A DNA stretch of 64,000 nucleotides, from NCBI GenBank assembly GCA_038087875.1, contig CM075989.1, positions 17,424,001-17,488,000 of the forward strand, in the 5' to 3' direction. Shown here piece after piece: positions 56,643 through 61,525 of the stretch; position 1 is the stretch's first letter; each line of letters opens with the position of its first letter. Origin of the DNA: Malacoraja senta (taxonomy: Eukaryota). Under the pieces are notes generated by a model. The model saw only the letters and a program-made list of their open reading frames with translations, searched no databases and was not told the origin of the DNA. Both the position numbers and the translations under genes were made by a program.

Positions 56643-56747
56643 CCCAAGGTACAGTCCCAACAGTTCCGGAGCAACATCCAGGCAGAACGAGGGCGTGCGA
56701 TCAAAAGCACAGCCAAACCAGAGAGTAAAATCTGCGCTGTAATGTAA
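2..56747 (+). CDS. Spliced 22-exon NEK8/NEK9-family Ser/Thr kinase gene (DUF4347-like + kinase + RCC1 repeats + coiled coil + CaaX), 5'-partial
   Basis: Exons: 2-461, 5532-5708, 6835-6950, 8194-8325, 11477-11678, 11840-11959, 12164-12281, 13819-14035, 18702-18856, 20994-21198, 24636-24780, 25173-25273, 27691-27909, 33488-33766, 33939-34017, 35720-36436, 41061-41137, 42880-43021, 44881-44972, 46372-46488, 52246-52365, 56649-56747. All introns are GT-AG and phases match. Total is 4089 nt (1362 aa + stop). Kinase and RCC1 exons are secure; exons 15-22 rest on splice signals and phase. Confidence 0.88.
4627..5220 (+). mobile_element. CR1/HER1 LINE 3' fragment
   Basis: RPHLEYCVQF...LEFRRMRG and SRTRGHSLRI...FFSQRVVSLWN motifs, then a 3'UTR. 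Confidence 0.9.
5532..5708 (+). CDS. Exon 2: end of the N-terminal domain and start of the kinase (FEKIHIVGKG)
   Basis: Acceptor ttttttcag, donor G|GTGAGC. Joins exon 1 in phase (LTG|VPVGMTRT). Confidence 0.9.
5730..6020 (+). mobile_element. tRNA-derived V-SINE (HE1-like)
   Basis: A/B-box-like GGCAGCGCAGCGGTAGAG and GTTCGATCC, V-domain GGAGTTTGTACGTTCTCC, LINE-like tail TCTCTAAACTA. Confidence 0.85.
6438..6716 (+). mobile_element. Rex1/Babar LINE 3' fragment
   Basis: Near-identical reverse complement of 22245-22545, with a CTTGA tandem tail. Confidence 0.75.
6835..6950 (+). CDS. Exon 3: kinase subdomains I-III
   Basis: GAYGTAVLYRKKDDDSLVILKEINMHELNHIERQRALNE. Acceptor ctag, donor GTTTGT. 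Not in the ORF track. Confidence 0.93.
8194..8325 (+). CDS. Exon 4: kinase subdomains IV-V
   Basis: VKVLSMLDHPNIINYYDSFEEDGVLMIEMEYAEGGTLAQYLAQQ. Acceptor tag, donor GTACTT. Confidence 0.93.
8360..8698 (-). mobile_element. CR1/HER1 LINE 3' fragment
   Basis: ORF 8507-8698: ERMFPLMGEYRTRGHSLRIKG...FFSQ. Confidence 0.8.
9116..10010 (-). mobile_element. CR1/HER1 LINE fragment
   Basis: ORF 9089-9700: PHLKYCVQFWAP...TRGHQFKV...QRVVGVWN. (CTATGA)n tail. Confidence 0.9.
11477..11678 (+). CDS. Exon 5: kinase catalytic loop and DFG
   Basis: HRDLKTANLFL...KLGDFGVAKVMMTGSEAHTILG. Acceptor ttgcag, donor GTGAGT. Confidence 0.95.
11840..11959 (+). CDS. Exon 6: kinase subdomains VIII-IX
   Basis: [41 protein letters not shown]. 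Donor GTAAGG. Confidence 0.95.
12164..12281 (+). CDS. Exon 7: kinase subdomains X-XI
   Basis: GTNLPAVVNKIMKGQFAPITDNYSAEFKALVLDMLQKETQ. Phase-2 donor CA|GTAGGT. Confidence 0.92.
12290..13260 (-). mobile_element. Degenerate CR1 RT-region fragment
   Basis: GSLLGPLLFVTYISDLD motif in ORF 12172-12411, with upstream CR1-like sequence. Confidence 0.7.
13280..13650 (+). mobile_element. Penelope-like element fragment (GIY-YIG C-terminus + terminal repeat)
   Basis: HFNSPSHSHTDLSVLGLLHCQSEAQHKLEEQ..HLIFRLGCLHPSGMN, then CTGAAGAAGGGTCTCGACCCGAAACGTC. Confidence 0.8.
13819..14035 (+). CDS. Exon 8: kinase end (YRPSAHELL) and linker into the RCC1 domain
   Basis: Acceptor atag, phase 2 completes the Q codon. 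Donor CAG|GTGAGT. Confidence 0.9.
15090..15370 (-). mobile_element. CR1/HER1 LINE fragment
   Basis: ORF 15072-15320: ALERVQRRFTRMIPG...SRTRGHSL. Confidence 0.82.
16610..16878 (+). mobile_element. V-SINE (HE1-like)
   Basis: Same consensus as 5730-6020. Confidence 0.82.
16906..17252 (+). mobile_element. Retroposed L1-like 3'UTR fragment with TSD
   Basis: T-rich body, GTACTTCTAATAAAA end resembling the 19190 element, A-rich tail. 13-bp TSD AAAAGTCTCTTTG at 16893-16905 and 17253-17265. Confidence 0.7.
17835..17935 (+). mobile_element. Old Deu-domain SINE remnant (SacSINE1/AmnSINE-like); weaker copy at about 545-650
   Basis: GGTGGATTCAAGCCC...CTTGAG...TGACACATCAGTAAAGTACTGAAGGAG resembles the DeuSINE consensus as I recall it. 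Confidence 0.45.
18165..18436 (-). mobile_element. V-SINE (HE1-like)
   Basis: Reverse complement of the SINE consensus. Confidence 0.8.
18702..18856 (+). CDS. Exon 9: RCC1 repeat
   Basis: IAVSDKHMIAVTADRAVYTWGINLKGQLGHGDLQSRSRPQLVEALKGKFIAR. Donor GTAATA. Confidence 0.93.
19190..19682 (+). mobile_element. 5'-truncated L1-clade LINE with poly(A) tail and TSD
   Basis: ORF2 end EMRFLLVGKADQFQKTWSTFLDLLQA*, T-rich 3'UTR, long A tail. 14-bp TSD AAAAACTGAGTCTA at 19176-19189 and 19683-19696. Confidence 0.82.
20994..21198 (+). CDS. Exon 10: RCC1 repeats
   Basis: ACAGEGFSVFVSDNGIVMTSGDGAQGCLGHGD...IACGRHHVVCVSGDGE. Donor GTGAGC. Confidence 0.93.
22245..22735 (-). mobile_element. Rex1/Babar LINE 3' fragment inserted into a fold-back element
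   Basis: ORF reads LQKVVNTAQSIIG...HPGHTLISLLPSGRRYRSLKTATTRFRNSYFPTAIRLLN. Short CTTGAA-type tandem tail. Confidence 0.8.
23394..23654. repeat. Compound (CA)n/(CACG)n microsatellite, with degenerate CA-rich sequence to about 23990
   Basis: Directly visible. Confidence 0.97.
24636..24780 (+). CDS. Exon 11: RCC1 repeat
   Basis: VFSWGSGKFGQLGLGNDVNSSLPVKI...VKCGLDGTMFLT. Donor GTATGT. Confidence 0.93.
25173..25273 (+). CDS. Exon 12: RCC1 repeat
   Basis: DSGGPLACGNNQYNKLGLNERRGLLMQMTTLFAR. Donor GTGAGT. Confidence 0.9.
25714..25905 (+). mobile_element. V-SINE (HE1-like), 3'-truncated
   Basis: SINE head and V-domain are present. A shorter copy lies at about 24905-25040. Confidence 0.75.
26010..26620 (-). 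mobile_element. Degenerate CR1 ORF2 fragment
   Basis: ORF 26009-26266: KGKRVTKERMGPL...VDKSPRPD. Confidence 0.68.
26920..27490 (+). mobile_element. Penelope-like element fragment
   Basis: Frameshifted copy of the same GIY-YIG end and terminal repeat seen at 13280 and 39360. Confidence 0.75.
27691..27909 (+). CDS. Exon 13: RCC1 repeats
   Basis: TDVEGRKVPTLVKAL...LGPSHTIVLVEPGNIYTFGRNTEGQLGTGN...KTIT. Donor GTAGGT. Confidence 0.93.
28240..28535 (-). mobile_element. V-SINE (HE1-like)
   Basis: Reverse-complement consensus with TTTAG tail. Confidence 0.8.
30385..31999 (-). mobile_element. Full-length Tc1-family (IR/DR type, DD34E) DNA transposon
   Basis: 213-bp TIRs (30385-30597 and 31787-31999) starting CAGTGGCTTGCAAAAGT, about 5 mismatches. 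Flanking TA on both sides. Internal transposase. Confidence 0.97.
30603..31622 (-). pseudogene. Tc1 transposase, 339 codons with one internal TGA at codon 315
   Basis: Paired-like HTH, GRPPK, WSDETK, QQDNDPKH and SPDLNPIE (34 residues between D and E). The ORF stops at 30678-30680 but the frame continues AKLVETYPKRLAAVIAAKGGSTKY* to 30603. Confidence 0.93.
32360..33020 (+). mobile_element. Degenerate CR1 fragment
   Basis: GAGGGATCTTGG, TTGGAGAGGGTGCAGAAGAGATTC and ACACAAAGAGTGGTGGGTGCCTGGAAC blocks shared with other CR1 copies. Confidence 0.7.
33488..33766 (+). CDS. Exon 14: late RCC1 repeat plus Ser/Pro-rich segment
   Basis: MISCGETFSVAGTDDNNILFWGTK...PPHSQ. Acceptor tttctttcag, donor GTTAGC. 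Confidence 0.88.
33939..34017 (+). CDS. Exon 15 (short)
   Basis: Acceptor ctctctcctgcag, KDNSWSKAVSLDERMTSIKGQRKAMR, donor G|GTGATT. Supplies the phase 0-to-1 change needed between exons 14 and 16. Confidence 0.7.
35720..36436 (+). CDS. Exon 16 (large) with NEK9-like PTWIRNELNDA motif
   Basis: 717-nt open frame, including ORF 35860-36474. Acceptor ttctttag, donor G|GTGAGA. Confidence 0.82.
36735..37080 (+). mobile_element. CR1/HER1 3' fragment
   Basis: Matches the reverse complement of 8360-8698 and 15090-15180. Confidence 0.75.
37738..38130 (+). mobile_element. CR1/HER1 3' fragments
   Basis: Near copy of 4958-5220 (RAVEAGSLDAFKTELDRALK). Confidence 0.8.
39360..39920 (+). mobile_element. 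Penelope-like element fragment
   Basis: KRRLGDRFTEHLR...VANHFNSP...RKLEEQHLIFCLGSLHPSGMN plus terminal repeat. Confidence 0.82.
41061..41137 (+). CDS. Exon 17
   Basis: Acceptor ttctcag, VQDFSVSASRRGHYQTEVDVGSISTQ, donor GTATGT. Phase 1 to 0. Confidence 0.68.
41252..41485 (+). mobile_element. V-SINE (HE1-like) with internal deletion
   Basis: GCACGGTGGCGCAGC head and LINE-like tail. Confidence 0.78.
42880..43021 (+). CDS. Exon 18
   Basis: Pyrimidine tract then atag, ICSNPGTTCGRN...RVGRGRGKSRG, donor GTAAGA. Phase 0 to 1. Confidence 0.7.
43570..44385 (-). mobile_element. CR1 reverse transcriptase fragment
   Basis: RPVSLTSVVG, DFSKAFDKVPH, GVPQGLVLGPLLF and KFADDTK motifs across ORFs 43620-44272. 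Confidence 0.9.
44881..44972 (+). CDS. Exon 19
   Basis: Acceptor cctag, GVWLNSEASVLKSSKYSHHPSHTTSPLPKNK, donor GTCTGG. Phase 1 to 0, required to join exons 18 and 20. Confidence 0.6.
45210..46050 (+). mobile_element. Degenerate CR1 fragments
   Basis: Similar to the reverse complement of 26010-26620, plus RLRGDLLEVNKMMRGVDR. Confidence 0.62.
46372..46488 (+). CDS. Exon 20
   Basis: Acceptor caccag, GTNFTGEVKRKQTADEIIQSQEKNCTSLYLLEEQQRLTL, donor GTAAGA. Only phase 0 is open. Confidence 0.7.
46755..47190 (-). mobile_element. CR1 reverse transcriptase fragment
   Basis: NLIEYFEEIT...VDIVYVDFNKAFDKV. Confidence 0.85.
51280..52005. mobile_element. Two V-SINEs tail-to-tail (+ 51280-51582, - 51592-52005); the second carries a CR1 3'UTR insert
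   Basis: Consensus matches in opposite orientations, with a CR1 tail at about 51802-51933. Confidence 0.8.
52246..52365 (+). CDS. Exon 21: coiled coil
   Basis: EREARLQMEINKLHKELSEQKQLLKENHDVMRQLQEQLLK shows heptad Leu/Ile spacing. Acceptor catag, donor GTCTGA. Confidence 0.82.
52376..52766. repeat. C-rich degenerate tandem / low-complexity region
   Basis: Recurrent CCCTACCTCCCC and AGCATCACGTC units with very few G on the + strand. Confidence 0.8.
53180..53790 (+). mobile_element. Degenerate CR1 fragment
   Basis: LYSLEFRRMRDNHIETYTIL...TRDHS in ORF 53503-53688. Confidence 0.65.
54385..54692 (-). mobile_element. V-SINE (HE1-like)
   Basis: Reverse-complement consensus ending GCCGTGCCACCC. 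Confidence 0.8.
54730..54774 (+). CDS. Candidate alternative terminal exon (VVREQQALKYIDWR*)
   Basis: Acceptor tgtctctgtccacagcag (tandem NAGNAG, alternative start 54727), in phase 0 with exon 21. AATAAA at about 55203. Confidence 0.4.
   Translation, partial: VVREQQALKYIDWR
55342..55736. mobile_element. Non-autonomous hAT-type MITE
   Basis: TIRs CAAAGATCCTATAGCG(G)AGCAAGATAG... and ...CTATCTTGCTCGCTATAGGATCTTTG. 8-bp TSD ATGCTGCC / ATGCTGCT. Confidence 0.82.
56570..56640 (+). repeat. (CCCT)n(CT)n microsatellite forming the polypyrimidine tract of the terminal exon
   Basis: Directly visible. It ends 8 nt before the exon start at 56649. Confidence 0.9.
56649..56747 (+). CDS. Exon 22: terminal exon ending in CaaX (…KPESKICAVM*)
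   Basis: Long CT tract then ccccaag acceptor. Phase 0 reads VQSQQFRSNIQAERGRAIKSTAKPESKICAVM-TAA. Confidence 0.72.
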   Translation, partial: VQSQQFRSNIQAERGRAIKSTAKPESKICAVM

Positions 56748-58120
56748 AGTGGATTTTAATATATATTTATCAACAAGCACATCTCGTCTGCCAGCTTTCA
56801 TTCCAAGGACTAATATTGCCGTTTGCACACTGTATGGTCCGGCACTGAATAGAGTGGGTCAGAGTCGCGAGTTGTGTGGTTCTGCAGCTTAAAGCACAGA
56901 AACTCCTGGCTTTGCTGCCATGGTAACGCTGTTTTCAAGAGAGACTATGCAAATGAATAAGATGAAAGGCGCCCGATTTGACTTTTAGTCCCATTCTCTC
57001 TTCTGCCCTCCCCCCTCAATTCTCTTTGAAGTTCTCAAAGTCCACCCTGGAGACAGCTGCCCACCTATCAGGGCAGCCATTCCCTCTGATAAAGCACCTG
57101 AACCAATTCAGCAAGGGTTAAAGTTCAAGTGAAACTCAAGAAGGCTCAGGTCAAGCTGCTGCGTGTGGATTTTGGGCCCTTCTATAGTTTCTTGGTATGG
57201 TTTGTTGCTCCACCCGTCTCTGATACCTGACACTCTCTGAAAGAATGCTATTTAAGTTTGGGATGGTATTTCTCTAAAGCCTTTCTGCAGTTCACATACA
57301 GCATGAAACTACTTCAGGCCTTCCTAATAATATTAAGCATTGGTTTTAGATATCAAAATCTGAGCAGCATTGGACAGTACAAGACTACTTTACTTGGATG
57401 GAAGTTGAAAATAAAATAACCACAAAACTTAAGAAAGAGCAGTGAAAGCAGAATCCAGTAACTTTATAATTTAAAGTGTTTAATTGCTTCAGTTTAACTA
57501 ACGTAGTTAATTACGATTAAAACACACAAAAGTACTTGTGCTAACACTATATCAGGCCGCAAACCATTGCTAATTATTTCCTGTGGGACAATAATGATGA
57601 GAGAGTGTTTAATGGATTTTGTATTTGGTTTATTATTGTTACGTGTACCGAGATACAGTGACAAGCTTTGTTTGCCTGCTATCCAGTCAAATTGTAATCT
57701 TCAGGAATACAAGCAAGTGCAACAGATTGTGCAAAGAGAAAAATACCCGAGTGCAGCATGTAATGTGCCATATAAGTGACACTCCAATCAAACTGTGGGC
57801 AGATAAAACCCACAAGTGTCTTATAAATGACAGAGACATGATGATAGAGAGAGATTCTGAAACAAAATCAGTTAACAGAACTAGAAGTAAAGTGAAAATT
57901 AAAGTGAATACTAAAACATAAGGTGATGGGGGGGAAAGATTTAATAGGAACCTGAGGGGTAACTTTTTTCACACAAAGGGTGGTGGGTGTATGGAACGAG
58001 CTGCCGGAGGAGGTAGTTGAGGCAGGTACTATCGCAGGCATTGCAATTCTTGATTAGTACGGGTGTCGGGGGTTAAAGGGGAGAAGGCAGGAGAATGGGG
58101 TTAGGAGGGAGAGATAGATC

Positions 58121-58279
58121 AGACATAAAATGCTGGAGTAACTTAGCAGGACAGGCAGCATCTCTGGAGAGAAGGAATCTCTGGAGAGAAGACTACTCAG
58201 TCTCGGCCCAAAACGTCACCCATTCCTTCTCTCCAGAGATGCTGCCTGTCCCGTTGAGTTACTCCAGCATTTTGTGTCT
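58121..58279. repeat. Fold-back element made of inverted Penelope terminal repeats
   Basis: About 58-bp arms, AGACATAAAATGCTGGAGTAAC...GAGAAGGAAT and ATTCCTTCTC...GTTACTCCAGCATTTTGTGTCT. Similar structures at about 20507-20665, 22113-22748, 48870-49010 and 63030-63178. Confidence 0.8.
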
Positions 58280-60534
58280 ATCTTCGATTTAAACCAGCAT
58301 GTGCAGTTCTTTCATACACACGATAGATCAGCCATGATTGAATGGCAGTCAACGATGGGCCGTAATGGCCTAATTCTGCTCCTATCACTCATTACCTTAT
58401 GACCTTATGTTTAAGAAACATTTGGAGATATTGGATAGGATATGTTTAGAGGGGTATCGGGCCAAACGCAGGCAGGTGGCACTAGTGTAGATGGGACATG
58501 TTGGTTTGACTCGATGACTCCATTTATAAAGTGTTACAAGGAATTGCAGATGCTGGTTTACAAAAATGAACACCAAGTGCTGGAGTAACTCAATGGGTCA
58601 GGCAGCATCTCTGGAGAACATAGATAGATAATGTTTCAGGTCGGGCCCCTTCTTCAGATTTATTTTGGTGAAGTAAGATATGATGCATTCACAACCACCT
58701 GGAACAATAAACCAATTTAATGATCGAGCAGTCAAAACTCTAACCCCACCTCCTACCAACTTTATGGTGTCCTTCAGCCAATAATTAAACTCATGCAATG
58801 TGCTGCATATTGAAGGCCGAGAAATGTGATCCCTCACACTATTTTTATGATGAAATGGCAGCTGTGATTTTTTTTGCATAGATACCTCCTTAATGCATCA
58901 TTAATTGTATGCATTCACCCTTCCTCATGCTGGATGTCTTCTGATGACCCCATTGTGTGCAGTGAATATAGGACATTGACCTTGATCTGCAAGCAACTGA
59001 TACTTGATGATAGTTCCTGGAAACAACCATTTTATGAATACCATAGGATGGGAATACCACATGGGATAAATCAGCCAAATGTGCACAGAAAGGCCTCCCC
59101 TCCCAACTCACCCCTTCACCCACCCCTAATATTTTTGCCACAGAACTTGGACCCCCAAATCCCCAGCCATAATTCCTTATCAATACCACCCATCTGACCA
59201 CCAAATTATTTTTCCATTAGCCTTGAAATTGTATTATGCCCATGTTTAAGGTTCTAGACTCACCCATGGTCAGTCATGACCGAGGGGAGCCTACTACTAA
59301 TGTGCTAGAACATTGCAATTTAACATCGATAGCCAGGCAGATTACCCAACGAAAATAAATAATAAAGTCAGCCAAATTACAGTTTGTTGGACTTGTTTGC
59401 ATCCGGAGGAAACCCAAAGGAGACCTTCACGATTGCTCATCCAGCCTTGCAGATGCCCTGACACTTTGGTGTCCAGCAACTAGAGATGGGAGTCACCCAT
59501 AAAAAACACTCACAATTACTACTACATAGCAGCACAACAACATTCAGCTGCTCTAGATGAGATAGGGACGGCAGGGAGTCATCTCTTATAACCACTGACC
59601 AAGACATGCAAGTTCTGGACAATGGGATATATGCCAGAAGGAAAGTTCTCCTCTGCGGGCACAGCAGATGTCCCAGGGCCACCATAACAAGAGTCTAACA
59701 GGAGGCGCTATAGTTGTCTCCCCCAGGAGGGAAGGACCCTCATAGACTGGAGCAAGACTGAAAGCAATGATAAGATCCTACAAGGTGATCTGCACACCGC
59801 TTCGCCAGCTGCAGAGTGGAGAACTCACGGAAAATGCATTTTATGCGGCGGTCCAAGTCTGTTCAGTGAGGTGCCATTTATCAGGAAGTGAAGTTTATCC
59901 TAGTGAGGCTTTGAAGTATTTGGAACAGGGATTCATTCATTCAATCATTTCTCTGATCAGTGCAGGCACACTTACAGAGCAGAGTTATAGGATGATATAT
60001 GACTACTCTGAGCTCTCCTGGCTGATAATTTTAAGGCACAAGAACGTGTCTGCAAGTCTGCCCAATTATCTCAGCCATGTCAGCCTTAGAAACGTTGCCC
60101 ATGGAAGTTCCAGGGTGGATGTTGCATCTCTTAAAACACTGTGGCAGTGCCATCTTCCCCATTGACAGGTCTTTGGTCCTTCCCCGAGTTGCCCTTTCCA
60201 TGTTGATAATAATTGCCTCCAATGCAGGAAATCACCAGCTGTGCCACTACTGGGTTCTAAGTGCAACAAGTGTCTTGGTTAGTTACCGCTGGAATAAATG
60301 CTGTTAGCTATAGTGCAGTTTGTGAACTTTGGAAGATGTTTGAACAGCCTGCAGTCATCTCAGTTGTTTCTGGTCAATTAAAGAAGTGAGAGAACAACAC
60401 TCCCACCCCTTCCTCTCACCTCTTGCCCCAACCCTCCTAGTACCACTGAGATTGTTCCATGCCAGTTGCGTGAGCCTTCTAGTCTAAATAAAGTCTGTAC
60501 CACAGTCAGTAATGCCAAGGATGTAGGAAGGTGT

Positions 60535-61525
60535 TGTAGACCAGAACGTTCCAGGAGTACAGATAGTTCATTGAAATTGGCGTTATGGGTAGATAAGGTA
60601 GTCAAGAAGGCTGTCAGCACATTGGATTTCTTCAGTCAAGGTATTGAGTATAGAAATTGGGATACTATGATACCGTTGTACAAGACATTGGTGTGGCTGC
60701 ATTTGGAGTTTTGTGTTCAAGTTTGGTCATCCTGCTATAGGAAATACGTTATTAAGCTGGAAAGAGTGCAGAGAAGAGTTACGGAGGATGTTGCCAGGAC
60801 TGGGAGGGCCTGAGCTAAAGAGAGAGATTGGGCAGCCTAGGACATTATTCTTTGAAGCGCAGGTGGATGAGGGGTGATCTTAAAGGGGTGTCTTAGATCA
60901 TGAGGGGAATATTTTGGGTGAATACAGTCTTTTACCCAGTGTAGTAGAATCAAGAGGCATTGGACAAAAGTTTAAGTTAAAGGCCCTGTCCCACGATGCG
61001 TGTTCACCCAAGAGCTCTCCCGAGTTTAAAAAAAATCAAACTCGTGGTACCTCATCACAAGTATTTTTTTACTCTTGGAAATTTTTCACACTGTTGAAAA
61101 ATCTTCACGAGTTTCCGCATTTCCCGAGTACCTGCCGTTAGCGTTACGAACCACTACGAGACATCCACGGGCTCCGACGTACCCACTACGTACATTCTAT
61201 GTACTTACCACGAGTTTGATTTTTTTTTAAACTCGGGAGAGCTCTTGGGTGAACTCGCATCGTGGGACAGGCCATTACGGGGAAAGATTTAATAGGAACC
61301 TGAAAGACAACTTTTTTTCCACCCAGAGGGTGATGGGTATATGGAATGAGCTGCCAGAGGAGATAGCTGAGGCAGATACCATAACATTTAAAAGACATTT
61401 GGATATGTACTGTACATGGATCGGAAAGATTTAGAGGGATATGGACAAAGTTGTACTATCTTAGATGGGGAATCTTGGTCTGCATGGGCAAGTTGAGCTG
61501 AAGAACCTGTTTCTGTGCTGTATCA
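60535..61525 (+). mobile_element. CR1/HER1 fragment interrupted by a MITE
   Basis: LYKTLVWLHLEFCVQVWS...LERVQRR before the MITE and QRVMGIWNELPEE after it. Confidence 0.85.
60981..61274. mobile_element. MITE with long TIRs, probably PIF/Harbinger-derived, nested in a CR1 fragment
   Basis: About 65-bp inverted ends (GGCCCTGTCCCACGATGCG...AAACTCGTGGTA and TACCACGAGTTT...CGCATCGTGGGACAGGCC) with TAA/TTA flanks. Confidence 0.78.

Noticed and set aside
2..56747. Assigning the symbol NEK8 or NEK9
   Set aside because: The sequence mixes features of both and has extra domains. Orthology cannot be fixed without a tree.
59767..60307. ORFs of 63-132 aa downstream of the gene
   Set aside because: No recognisable domain or exon structure; consistent with chance.
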